Shown here: positions 33,418-42,656 of the stretch, piece after piece | Position numbering within the stretch: the first letter of the stretch is position 1 | Layout: the number at the start of each line of letters is the position of its first letter | NCBI GenBank assembly: GCA_003280495.1 | Contig: QCET01000003.1 | Coordinates: forward strand, 9,208 to 73,207 | Direction of reading: 5' to 3' | DNA length: 64,000 nt | Origin: Pelagibacteraceae bacterium AG-359-E06 | Lineage (GTDB): Bacteria; Pseudomonadota; Alphaproteobacteria; Pelagibacterales; Pelagibacteraceae | Translations under genes and position numbers: made by a program | Notes under the pieces: generated by a model | The model's input: the letters and a program-made list of their open reading frames with translations, nothing else | The model's database searches: none | What the model was told of the DNA's origin: nothing

Positions 33418-34745
33418 CAAAAAAATATTTTGGCACCGATGGAATTAGAGGCACTGTTAATGTTGGTAATATAGATGGAGAAAAATTTTTTAAATTTGGT
33501 TTAGCAGCAGGTACATATTTTAAAAATCAAAAAAAAATTAAACAACTTGCAATCATTGCAAAAGATACAAGATTATCGGGTTATACATTGGAGCCAGCAA
33601 TTGTATCTGGTCTTGCCTCTGCCGGTATGCAAGTAATTACTTTTGGACCGCTTCCTACTAACGGACTTGCAATGCTTACAAAAAAAATGAAAGCTAATTT
33701 AGGTATTATGATCACTGCATCTCATAACCCGTTTTATGATAATGGACTTAAATTATTTGGACCTGACGGGATGAAATTATCAGATAGTATCGAAAAAAAA
33801 ATTGAAAAAATTATTGACTCTAAGACGTCGATACACTTAACAAAACCTACGGAATTAGGGCGTGTAAAAAGACTAGAGGATGGAAATGAACAATATCTAA
33901 AAATTCTAAAAAGCAATTTTCCTAAAAATTTCTCATTAAAAGGCATGAAAATTGTTTTAGATTGCGCGAACGGAGCTGGGTACAAAGCGGGTCCAAAACT
34001 CTTTAAATCGCTAGGTGCCAAAGTGTTTGTTATGGGTGCAAAACCAAATGGACTAAATATTAACTTAAATTGCGGATCAACTCACCCAGCAAAAATTCAA
34101 TCGGCGGTAAAAAAATATAAAGCTAATATTGGTATATCATTAGATGGTGATGGAGACAGAGTCATCATGTGTGATGAAGATGGAAAAATGATAGATGGAG
34201 ATCAAATAATTGCAATGTTAGGACAGCGATGGAAAAGAAAAAAAATTTTAAAAGGCGGCGTAATTGGAACATTGATGTCAAACTATGGATTAAATAATTT
34301 TTTTAAAACAGAAAACATTAAGTTTTTAAGATCAAATGTTGGGGATCGGTATGTTAAGGAAACGATGCACAAAAATAAATTTAATTTAGGTGGAGAACAG
34401 TCAGGTCATATTATACTTGGTAAATTTGCTACAACTGGGGACGGATTGTTAGTTGCTCTCGAGGTCTTATTCTCTTTACGAAAAGGTTATAAAGCCAGTA
34501 AAGTTTTAAGAGTATTTAAACCAATCCCTCAAAAACTTGTTAACATTGCTGTAAAAGATAAAAGCGTGATTAATAAGAACAGCGTGAAAAAAGCTATTAC
34601 AAATGCAAATAGAATGATTAAAAATAAAGGTAGAGTTTTAGTAAGACCTTCAGGCACAGAACCAAAAGTTAGAATCATGGTAGAAACTCTCGATAAAAAT
34701 CTAATGCAAAAATGTTTAAGATTGTTAACAAAGGCGATCAAGTAG
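33414..34745 (+). CDS. glmM: phosphoglucosamine mutase
   Basis: YFGTDGIRG, active-site ITASHNP, DGDGDR. Confidence 0.95.
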   Translation: MTKKYFGTDGIRGTVNVGNIDGEKFFKFGLAAGTYFKNQKKIKQLAIIAKDTRLSGYTLEPAIVSGLASAGMQVITFGPLPTNGLAMLTKKMKANLGIMITASHNPFYDNGLKLFGPDGMKLSDSIEKKIEKIIDSKTSIHLTKPTELGRVKRLEDGNEQYLKILKSNFPKNFSLKGMKIVLDCANGAGYKAGPKLFKSLGAKVFVMGAKPNGLNINLNCGSTHPAKIQSAVKKYKANIGISLDGDGDRVIMCDEDGKMIDGDQIIAMLGQRWKRKKILKGGVIGTLMSNYGLNNFFKTENIKFLRSNVGDRYVKETMHKNKFNLGGEQSGHIILGKFATTGDGLLVALEVLFSLRKGYKASKVLRVFKPIPQKLVNIAVKDKSVINKNSVKKAITNANRMIKNKGRVLVRPSGTEPKVRIMVETLDKNLMQKCLRLLTKAIK

Positions 34746-34746
34746 T

Positions 34747-35556
34747 TTGAAACCCAAATCAAAAATATTAATTATAGCTGGCTCAGATTCATCAGGAGGA
34801 GCGGGTATACAAGCAGATATAAAAACTGTAACAGCACTTGGATCTTATGCCATGACTGCAATTACTGCTATAACTGCTCAAAATACAAAGGGTGTTTATG
34901 ATATTCATAGCATACCTTTAAAAAGTCTGGAGAAACAAATTATGGTAACTTGTAACGACATAAAACCAGATGCAATTAAAATTGGCATGTTACACTCATC
35001 TGAGGTCATTAATATTGTTGAGAAATGTCTATCTAAAATAAAAATAAGAAAAGTGGTTCTAGATCCAGTTATGATAGCAAAAGGTGGCGCAAGATTAATT
35101 AGTAAATCTGCAATAAAAGATTTAAAAAAAATTATAAAAAAATCTTTGATAATTACACCAAACATTCCAGAAGCCGAGGTCCTTGCAAATATTAAAATTA
35201 ATAATATCGAAGATATGATATTGGCATCAACAAGACTTTTAAATTTAGGAGCAAAAAATATACTTTTAAAAGGTGGTCATCTTAATTCAAAAATTTTAAG
35301 AGATTTATATTTTAATAACAAAGAATATAAGGTTTTTTCGAACAAAAAAATCAATACAAACAATACTCATGGCACAGGTTGTACTTTGTCAAGCGCAGTT
35401 GCAACTTTTTTATCTTGTGGAAAACCCATTAATAAATCATGTGAGCTAGCAATTAAATATGTTAATCAATCATTAAAAACCAGTATAAACTATGGCAAAG
35501 GTCATGGACCTGTTAATCACTTAAACTCATTCACATTGGAAAGTAAATTTAAATAA
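34747..35556 (+). CDS. thiD: hydroxymethylpyrimidine/phosphomethylpyrimidine kinase
   Basis: [18 protein letters not shown] and [12 protein letters not shown] start lies 1 nt after the glmM stop. Confidence 0.88.
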   Translation: MKPKSKILIIAGSDSSGGAGIQADIKTVTALGSYAMTAITAITAQNTKGVYDIHSIPLKSLEKQIMVTCNDIKPDAIKIGMLHSSEVINIVEKCLSKIKIRKVVLDPVMIAKGGARLISKSAIKDLKKIIKKSLIITPNIPEAEVLANIKINNIEDMILASTRLLNLGAKNILLKGGHLNSKILRDLYFNNKEYKVFSNKKINTNNTHGTGCTLSSAVATFLSCGKPINKSCELAIKYVNQSLKTSINYGKGHGPVNHLNSFTLESKFK

Positions 35557-36878
35557 TGAAAAATATTGTTGTCGTTGGATCGCAATGGGGTGATGAAGGA
35601 AAAGGAAAAATTGTCGACTGGTTATCTGATCAAGCAGATGTTGTAGTAAGATTTCAAGGAGGACATAATGCTGGTCACACATTGGTAATTGATAGCAAAA
35701 CTTATAAACTTAAATTATTACCTTCAGGAATTGTTAGGCCTAACAAAGTCTCGATAATAGGAAACGGTGTAGTCGTGGATCCTTGGGCCCTGCTAGATGA
35801 GATAAAACAAATAGGCAAACAAGGAGTGAGAGTTGATGAAAGTAATTTAATTTTATCAGAAGCAGCAACATTAATAATGCCTTTTCATAAAGAGATGGAT
35901 GAAATTAGAGAAGATGCTGCTGGTAAAGGCAAAATTGGAACTACAAGAAGGGGAATTGGACCTGCATACGAAGACAAAGCCGGAAGAAGATCTATTAGAG
36001 TAATGGATCTAAGATCTGAAACTAATTTAGATAGTAGGTTAGAAAATGTATTACAACACCATAATGCTATTAGAAAAGGTTTAGGAAAAAAGATTTATAA
36101 AAAAACTGAATTAAAAAAACAATTATTAGAAATTGCACCAAAAATTTTAAGATTTGCAAGACCTGTATGGAAAAAAATTGCAGAGTATAAAGATAAGAAA
36201 GCAAAAATATTATTTGAGGGTGCTCAAGGAATTTTATTAGATGTTGATCATGGTACATATCCATACGTAACTTCATCGAATACGGTTGCAGGCGCAGCTG
36301 CTATTGGAAGCGGCTGTGGTCCAGATACTATTAACTATGTACTGGGTATTACTAAAGCTTATACAACTAGAGTAGGACAAGGACCGTTTCCAACAGAGCT
36401 TACAGATAAAATTGGTAAGATGCTGGGAACAAGAGGTAAGGAGTTTGGAACAGTAACTAGTCGAGAGAGAAGATGTGGATGGTTTGACGGTGTATTAGTA
36501 AGACAAACAATCAAGATGTCAGGTATTAATGGTATAGCTTTGACCAAACTGGATGTTCTTGATGAACTTGACGAAATCAAAGTTTGTATTGGGTATGAAT
36601 TAGAGGGTGAGAACATTGATTATCTTCCTGCAGCTGTCGAAGATCAATTAAAAGTTAAGCCTATTTATAAAAATTATGAAGGTTGGAAATCTTCTACAAA
36701 GGGAATTAGAAATTTTGACTCACTACCAGACAAAGCAAAAGTATACGTGACTGAACTTGAGGATTTTATTGGTGCAAAAATTTGTAGTATTTCAACTAGT
36801 CCAGAAAGAGATGATACCATATTAATTGAGAACCCTTTTGATAATGCTGAAAAGCGCTCGGGTCATTGGAATATTTAA
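35556..36878 (+). CDS. purA: adenylosuccinate synthetase
   Basis: [34 protein letters not shown]. Confidence 0.96.
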   Translation: MKNIVVVGSQWGDEGKGKIVDWLSDQADVVVRFQGGHNAGHTLVIDSKTYKLKLLPSGIVRPNKVSIIGNGVVVDPWALLDEIKQIGKQGVRVDESNLILSEAATLIMPFHKEMDEIREDAAGKGKIGTTRRGIGPAYEDKAGRRSIRVMDLRSETNLDSRLENVLQHHNAIRKGLGKKIYKKTELKKQLLEIAPKILRFARPVWKKIAEYKDKKAKILFEGAQGILLDVDHGTYPYVTSSNTVAGAAAIGSGCGPDTINYVLGITKAYTTRVGQGPFPTELTDKIGKMLGTRGKEFGTVTSRERRCGWFDGVLVRQTIKMSGINGIALTKLDVLDELDEIKVCIGYELEGENIDYLPAAVEDQLKVKPIYKNYEGWKSSTKGIRNFDSLPDKAKVYVTELEDFIGAKICSISTSPERDDTILIENPFDNAEKRSGHWNI

Positions 36879-36888
36879 TAAATACTTT

Positions 36889-37002
36889 TTAGCTGCTAAA
36901 CAATCTTAAAACTGTAGCAAATATACCATGACCTGAAAGTTCTATTAAAAATATACCAATTATAATTAAAATTAATTTTTTATTTTTTAATAACTTATCC
37001 AT
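36889..37002 (-). CDS. candidate small membrane peptide (37 aa), translationally coupled to rpoH
   Basis: My own translation is MDKLLKNKKLILIIIGIFLIELSGHGIFATVLRLFSS. The ATG shares its A with the rpoH TAA (TAATG). It fills the purA/rpoH convergent spacer. It is below the ORF-track length cut-off. Confidence 0.3.
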   Translation of the reverse strand: MDKLLKNKKLILIIIGIFLIELSGHGIFATVLRLFSS

Positions 37003-37904
37003 TAGTTAGCCGTAATTAATTTCTCTTTTTTTGCCATATCTAACATTTCTTTTTGTATTTTTTCAAAGGCTCTATTTTCTATTTGCCTTATTCTTTCTCT
37101 GCTAACCTTGTGTTTAATACTTAACTCTTCTAAAGTTTTAGGTTCATCAACAAGCCTTCTATCAAATAAGATAGACTTTTCCCTGTCTTCTAAAATATTC
37201 AATGCTTTATTTAACAATGTTTGTCTTTTATCCAACTCCTGTTTATGAGAAATTTGCAATTCTTGGTCAGCATTTTCATCGACTACCCAGTCTTGCCACT
37301 CTCCTTCGTCACTGTCGGACTTAATTGGAGCATTTAAGGATTTTTCATGGCCAGCTAATCTTTGTTCCATACTTATTACTTCGTCTTCTTTAACATCAAG
37401 TCTATCTGCAATTTCTGTAATTTGTTCAGGAAGCAAGTCGGATTGATCAGCTTTAACTATTTGGGATTTTATTTTTCTTAAATTAAAAAATAATTTTTTT
37501 TGCGCAGCTGTTGTACCTATTTTTACTAAACTCCAAGATCTTAAAATGTATTCTTGTATCGATGCTTTGATCCACCACATCGCATATGTTGCCAGTCTAA
37601 ACCCCTTTTCTGGATCAAATTTTTTAACTGCTTGCATCAGTCCAATATTCCCTTCAGATACTAATTCATTTACTGGTAAACCGTAACCACGATAGCCCAT
37701 CGCAACTTTAGCAACTAACCTTAAATGACTTGTAACTAATTTATGAGCAGAATCCTTGTCACCTTTTTCCCTCCAGTTTTTTGCCAAAATATATTCCTCT
37801 GCTGCATCGAGCATCGGAAATTTTCTAATTTTTAATAAATATGCTTCAAAACTCCCATCAGGAGTTAAAATTGGTAAATTAGATTTTGTTAATCTTTTTG
37901 ACAT
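37002..37904 (-). CDS. rpoH: RNA polymerase sigma-32 (heat-shock sigma factor)
   Basis: Sigma-70 regions 2-4 plus RpoH box AQKKLFFNLRKIK. Confidence 0.93.
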   Translation of the reverse strand: MSKRLTKSNLPILTPDGSFEAYLLKIRKFPMLDAAEEYILAKNWREKGDKDSAHKLVTSHLRLVAKVAMGYRGYGLPVNELVSEGNIGLMQAVKKFDPEKGFRLATYAMWWIKASIQEYILRSWSLVKIGTTAAQKKLFFNLRKIKSQIVKADQSDLLPEQITEIADRLDVKEDEVISMEQRLAGHEKSLNAPIKSDSDEGEWQDWVVDENADQELQISHKQELDKRQTLLNKALNILEDREKSILFDRRLVDEPKTLEELSIKHKVSRERIRQIENRAFEKIQKEMLDMAKKEKLITAN

Positions 37905-37942
37905 AATAAATATTTAATTTCTAATTAATAAATAACAAGTGG

Positions 37943-38920
37943 CTAATTTCTCAGTTTTTCAAGCATTTTTTGTAATTTTAATAAATCTTTAGGCAGTTTA
38001 GAAGTGAAACTCACAAATTTATTATTTTTTGGATGAATAAATCCAAGGGTGTTTGCATGCAAAGCTTGTCTTTTAAATTCTTTCAAATAATTTACTAGAG
38101 ATTTATCTACTTCATTGAATTTTTTAATTTTCTTACCATATGTTTGATCACCAATGATATAATTTTTTTTGTAATTTAAATGAACTCTGATTTGGTGAGT
38201 TCTGCCTGTTTCTAGAACACATTTTAACAAACTAATATCTGGAATTCTTTTTCCTTGATAGATAGAAATCGTTTCGTAGTTAGTTATAGCGTTTTTACCT
38301 TTTTGGATATTAGCTGTCATTTTTTGTCTATTTATTTTACTTCTTCCAATAAGTGTATTTATATTTCCTTTTAGTGGTTTAATAATACCATAAACAAATA
38401 CTAAATAGCTTCTTGCAATTGTATGTTTTTCGAACTGCTTTGCCAAAAATTTGTGAGTGTTGTCATTTTTAGCTATAACTAATAATCCACTAGTATCTTT
38501 GTCTATTCTATGGACTATACCTGGTCTATCCAAACCGCTGATTTGTGATAAGTTATTTTTATAATAATAAAGTAACCCATTCACTAGAGTGTTTGTGTAA
38601 TTACCTGCACCTGGATGCACAACCATACCTGCAGGTTTATCAACTATTATCAAGTCATTATCTTCGTGAACAATATTAATCAGAATTTTGGAAGGTTTTA
38701 TTTTTGTATCTTTAATAATATTTTCAAAATTTACTTTATCTCCACAGATTAATTTTTTTGATGGATCATTAATAACTTTATTATTTACTGTTAATAAAGA
38801 TGATTTAATTATCTTGTTGATTTTACTTCGGCTATAATTTGAATAATTAGACACCACAATCAAATCAACTCTCTTTTTGTGATCTTTTTCTTTGACAATA
38901 AAATTATGTTTTGTAATCAT
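37943..38920 (-). CDS. rluD: 23S rRNA pseudouridine synthase, RluA/RluD family
   Basis: S4-like N-terminal domain and catalytic HRIDKDTSGLLV. Confidence 0.88.
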   Translation of the reverse strand: MITKHNFIVKEKDHKKRVDLIVVSNYSNYSRSKINKIIKSSLLTVNNKVINDPSKKLICGDKVNFENIIKDTKIKPSKILINIVHEDNDLIIVDKPAGMVVHPGAGNYTNTLVNGLLYYYKNNLSQISGLDRPGIVHRIDKDTSGLLVIAKNDNTHKFLAKQFEKHTIARSYLVFVYGIIKPLKGNINTLIGRSKINRQKMTANIQKGKNAITNYETISIYQGKRIPDISLLKCVLETGRTHQIRVHLNYKKNYIIGDQTYGKKIKKFNEVDKSLVNYLKEFKRQALHANTLGFIHPKNNKFVSFTSKLPKDLLKLQKMLEKLRN

Positions 38921-38941
38921 TTAAATAAGTATAATACTTTT

Positions 38942-39016
38942 GGGCCTATAGTGTAATGGATAGCACAAGTGTCTTCGGAACATTTAGTTTGGGTTCGAAT
39001 CCTGATAGGCCCGCCA
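38942..39016 (+). tRNA. tRNA-Arg (anticodon UCG by manual folding), CCA encoded
   Basis: Acceptor GGGCCTA/TAGGCCC, D-arm GTGT-AATGGATA-GCAC, anticodon arm AGTGT-CTTCGGA-ACATT, T-arm TTGGG-TTCGAAT-CCTGA, G73, CCA. The tRNA call is confident. The isotype is 0.7. Confidence 0.9.
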
Positions 39017-39808
39017 TTATTCACCTATATTTACTAGTGTACCTCTATTTTTCGCACTTTTAAAAGCTTTATAAAAAACTGCAATTCCTAAACCGATATA
39101 AAAAATATTTAATCCAAGCGCTATTAAGATATTTTTATAATTTACAGTGTTATTAACTAGAATTGATCTCATTTCTTCAAATATATGAGCCAAAGGAAAT
39201 GATAATGCTAATGGCTTAATCCATTCAGGCAAAATATCTACGGGATAATAAATACACCCTAGAGGAGCAATAAAAAATAAACTTGCCCAAGCTACGTTTT
39301 CAAAAGATGGTCCAAATCTTATCAGTCCTGCAGTTACCAATAAACCTAAAGTGATACCGAACATATACAACGATAAAAGTAACAAATACAATGGAAACCC
39401 TAGTTCAAATATTGATATGTTAAATAACGGCATTGCAATGAAAACGGCAGGTACCAAGCCCAACAAAGTCCTAAGAAGAGCTGTTGAAGTTAAAGCACAA
39501 ATTACTTCACTTGATCTTAATGGTGATACAAAAAGATTAATTAAATTTCTGCTCCATATTTCCTCAAGGAAAAGCATGTTATAACTGATACTGGATCTAA
39601 ATAAAAAATCGTAAAGTATTGCAGCTGTTAATATGACTCCTACAGCATTACCAAAATAACTACTGTACATTGTAAAAAATTTTGAGACAAATCCCCAAAG
39701 AATTATTTGAACTGTAGGCCAATAGATGAGGTCAAATATTCTTGGAAATGATCCTTTAATTAAATAAAAGTGTCTTAACATTAAGGATAAAATTCTTTTA
39801 ATTTTCAT
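39017..39808 (-). CDS. ABC-2 type transporter permease
   Basis: Six hydrophobic segments, about 260 aa. An 11-nt overlap with the upstream ABC ATPase gene. Confidence 0.7.
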   Translation of the reverse strand: MKIKRILSLMLRHFYLIKGSFPRIFDLIYWPTVQIILWGFVSKFFTMYSSYFGNAVGVILTAAILYDFLFRSSISYNMLFLEEIWSRNLINLFVSPLRSSEVICALTSTALLRTLLGLVPAVFIAMPLFNISIFELGFPLYLLLLSLYMFGITLGLLVTAGLIRFGPSFENVAWASLFFIAPLGCIYYPVDILPEWIKPLALSFPLAHIFEEMRSILVNNTVNYKNILIALGLNIFYIGLGIAVFYKAFKSAKNRGTLVNIGE

Positions 39809-40532
39809 TTTTTTCCCTCGCTATTTTTAGAAAAACCTCTTCTAAATTATTTCTTCCATGTTTAGAGATTAATTGATCTGCAGTTCCTTGATCTATAATA
39901 CTACCTTCTTTCATCATTAATATATGATCACAAAGACGCTTAACTTCATTCATATTATGGGATGCTAACAGAATAGATATTGGATTATTTTTTTGATAAT
40001 CCTCAATAAAAGTCCTGATAAAATCTCCAGTGTCAGGATCTAGGCTAGCAGTAGGCTCGTCAAGTAAAAGAATTTGTGGATCATTAATTAAAGATTTTGC
40101 TAAAGAAATTCTATTTCTTTGCCCTGAGGATAATTCTCCAGTTTTTTTAAATATTAAGCTTTGAAGTTTCAACTTCTCAATCAGTTCTTCAATCTTCCTT
40201 AATGGATCCCTAATCTCGTACATCATTGCGTAAACTTTTAAATTTTGCATTACAGTTAATTTTTTTGGCAATTCAACATAGGGAGATGCAAAATTCATTT
40301 TTGACAGAAATTGATGATCTCTTGGATTTAAATCTTCATTATCAATCTTAATTGAACCAGAAGTAGGAGTAATTAAACCTAGCAGCATAGCAATAGTTGT
40401 AGTTTTCCCACACCCGTTTGGACCTAACAGACCGATTGTTTTCTTTTCATTTAAGGAAAAATTAACATCATTAACAGCGGTAAAATTACCAAATTTTTTT
40501 TTAAGATTTGTTACCTCTAAAATACTTTTCAT
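39798..40532 (-). CDS. ABC transporter ATP-binding protein
   Basis: Walker A GPNGCGKTT, signature LSSGQRNRISLA, Walker B ILLLDEP. Confidence 0.92.
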   Translation of the reverse strand: MKSILEVTNLKKKFGNFTAVNDVNFSLNEKKTIGLLGPNGCGKTTTIAMLLGLITPTSGSIKIDNEDLNPRDHQFLSKMNFASPYVELPKKLTVMQNLKVYAMMYEIRDPLRKIEELIEKLKLQSLIFKKTGELSSGQRNRISLAKSLINDPQILLLDEPTASLDPDTGDFIRTFIEDYQKNNPISILLASHNMNEVKRLCDHILMMKEGSIIDQGTADQLISKHGRNNLEEVFLKIAREKNEN

Positions 40533-41473
40533 TTTGCTGATCTTTTTAACCTATCATTAATTGCAACTCCAATATCTTTATTAGGTATTGGTGTCACAGA
40601 TATATTTTTATATCCATTTTTTTTAATTTTTCTCAACAATTGGTAAAGTTTTTTAGAAGCTTCAGTCAAACTTCTCTTTCTACTTAAATAAAATAAATCA
40701 TTACTTTTAATTTGACTTTTTCCAAAAACTAATAATGCTCCGTTTTTTTTTGGGATTTTTCGATTTAAATAAACTGGTATTCCCGGACTGTAGTGAAGCA
40801 AACTTTGTCCTGGTGATGTATTTATGATATTTGATTTCTTTACTTTAATTTGAAGTAGGTTGCTAATTTTTTTTTGTGTTATAAAACCTTCTCTCAATAA
40901 TTTAGGTTTTTTGGTTAAATCAATAACGGTAGACTCTATGCCAACATTTGAAGAACCACCGTCGATAATTACATTTATTTTATTCTTAAATTCATCATGA
41001 ACATGAAATGCTGTCGTTGGAGAAACTCTATTACTTATATTTGCGCTTGGAGCAGCAATTGGTTTGTTGAGTTTTTTTAAAATTTTTAAAAATATCTTAT
41101 TTTTAGGAACTCTACATGCGATATGTTTGTTTTTATTTAGAAGTAATTTAGAAATCTTTGAATTTTTTTTTAATTTCAAAACATATGTAATTGGACCTGG
41201 AGAAAATTTTTTATATAATTTTTTAAGATATTTATTAGTCATCGTCTCGGATTGAATTGATTTTAAATCCTTGAAATGCACAATAATTGGATTTCTAGAA
41301 GGTCTTTTTTTTAACTTATATATTTTTTTAACAGCCTTGTCGCTATTGGCTATTGAGCCTAAGCCATAGACAGTTTCCGTTGGTATGCCAATTAGCTGAC
41401 CTTCTTTTAGAAGTTTAACAGACTTATTTAGATTTTTTGCCGTTGGCTTGTAAATATTTGAATAGTAATTCAT
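40529..41473 (-). CDS. tsaC: L-threonylcarbamoyladenylate synthase (Sua5/TsaC, YrdC + Sua5 domains)
   Basis: GQLIGIPTETVYGLG and a C-terminal Sua5 domain. Start set at ATG 41473 (MNYYSN...). The 75 extra N-terminal codons of the track ORF run antisense through xseB and are not homologous. Confidence 0.85.
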   Translation of the reverse strand: MNYYSNIYKPTAKNLNKSVKLLKEGQLIGIPTETVYGLGSIANSDKAVKKIYKLKKRPSRNPIIVHFKDLKSIQSETMTNKYLKKLYKKFSPGPITYVLKLKKNSKISKLLLNKNKHIACRVPKNKIFLKILKKLNKPIAAPSANISNRVSPTTAFHVHDEFKNKINVIIDGGSSNVGIESTVIDLTKKPKLLREGFITQKKISNLLQIKVKKSNIINTSPGQSLLHYSPGIPVYLNRKIPKKNGALLVFGKSQIKSNDLFYLSRKRSLTEASKKLYQLLRKIKKNGYKNISVTPIPNKDIGVAINDRLKRSAK

Positions 41474-41489
41474 TTTTTTATTATTTATT

Positions 41490-41768
41490 ATGTTATGTAA
41501 TAAAAATCTAGAAATGAAAGACACAAACGACAATTTAGATATAGAAAAACTTACTTTTGAGGAAGCTATGCAAGAGCTTGAGACAATAGTATCCAGTTTA
41601 GAAAATGGATCAATTGAACTTGAGGAGTCGATTAAGCAATACACCAGAGGAATAAAATTGAAAAAACACTGTGAGGAAAAATTAAAAGAGGCCAACACTA
41701 AGATCGAAGAGATAACAATAGATAAACAAGGTAATGTAAAGAAAAAAACATTCGACCGAAAAAAGTAG
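41490..41768 (+). CDS. xseB: exodeoxyribonuclease VII small subunit
   Basis: LTFEEAMQELETIVSSLENGSIELEESIKQYTRGIKL. Start is ATG 41490 or ATG 41514. Conserved xseB-ispA-dxs order. Confidence 0.88.
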   Translation: MLCNKNLEMKDTNDNLDIEKLTFEEAMQELETIVSSLENGSIELEESIKQYTRGIKLKKHCEEKLKEANTKIEEITIDKQGNVKKKTFDRKK

Positions 41769-41774
41769 TCTTAG

Positions 41775-42656
41775 ATGAATTCAGTCACAGAAAAAATTAA
41801 GTTATCTGCCGACAAAGTTGATGATTTTTTGAAAAAATATTTTTCAAAGAAAAATACAAATAACGATTTATTTGAAGCAATGTCATACGGTCTCTTTTCT
41901 GGTGGTAAAAAAATTAGAACATATTTAACTAAGTGTGCTTTTGATATTTATAAGATAGATGAGTACAAATATATTCCGATAGCAGGAGCTATTGAATGTG
42001 TTCATAGTTATTCGTTAATTCATGACGACCTTCCTTCAATGGATAATGATGATTTTAGAAGAGGAAAAGAAAGTACCCACAAAAAATTTGGGGAGTCGAC
42101 AGCAATACTCGCTGGTAATTCATTACTTACAACAGCTTTCGAAATTTTATCAAGCGATGAAATTAATGTAGATAAAGAAAGAAAATTGAATTTAATTAGC
42201 GCTTTATCAATGTGCGCTGGTCATAAAGGAATTGCGGGCGGACAATTTTTAGATTTAAAATTTGAAAAAAAACAAAAAAATAAAAAAGAAATTATTGATA
42301 TGCAGCAAAAAAAAACTGGTGAGCTTATGGGATTTTGTTGCGAGTCAGCTGCCATTGTAGCAGGAGTAGAGGATGATCGTGAAAAATTAAAAGAAGTAGG
42401 TTTAAATTTAGGGTTGTTATTTCAAATTTCAGATGATCTTTTAGATAGACATGGCGACTCAGATAAAATTGGAAAGCCAACGAAGCAAGATGAAATTAAA
42501 GGCAAAGCTACGATAATGTCAGCTATTGGGGAACATCAAACAAAAAAATTAGCTCAAGACATACAGTCTTTAATTAAAGAGAGTCTTATTTCTTATGGAG
42601 ATTCTGCGTGGACATTGGTAGAGTGTGCAAATTATATTTTTAAAAGAGATCATTAA
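41775..42656 (+). CDS. ispA: (2E,6E)-farnesyl/geranylgeranyl diphosphate synthase
   Basis: First Asp-rich motif HDDLPSMDNDDFRRG and second motif FQISDDLLD. Confidence 0.9.
   Translation: MNSVTEKIKLSADKVDDFLKKYFSKKNTNNDLFEAMSYGLFSGGKKIRTYLTKCAFDIYKIDEYKYIPIAGAIECVHSYSLIHDDLPSMDNDDFRRGKESTHKKFGESTAILAGNSLLTTAFEILSSDEINVDKERKLNLISALSMCAGHKGIAGGQFLDLKFEKKQKNKKEIIDMQQKKTGELMGFCCESAAIVAGVEDDREKLKEVGLNLGLLFQISDDLLDRHGDSDKIGKPTKQDEIKGKATIMSAIGEHQTKKLAQDIQSLIKESLISYGDSAWTLVECANYIFKRDH

Noticed and set aside
38921-39016. tRNA genes (Arg at 38942-39016, Leu at 63745-63828) as integration sites for a genomic island or prophage.
   Set aside because: No integrase, direct repeat of the tRNA 3' end, or compositionally atypical genes next to either tRNA. 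Both are flanked at 0-76 nt by ordinary housekeeping genes.
41474-41698. 75-codon N-terminal extension of the Sua5/TsaC ORF (track model 40529..41698), running antisense through xseB.
   Set aside because: The extension has no similarity to YrdC/Sua5 N-termini. An ATG at 41473 gives the normal MNYYSN...GIPTETVYGLG start, and xseB on the other strand is clearly real.
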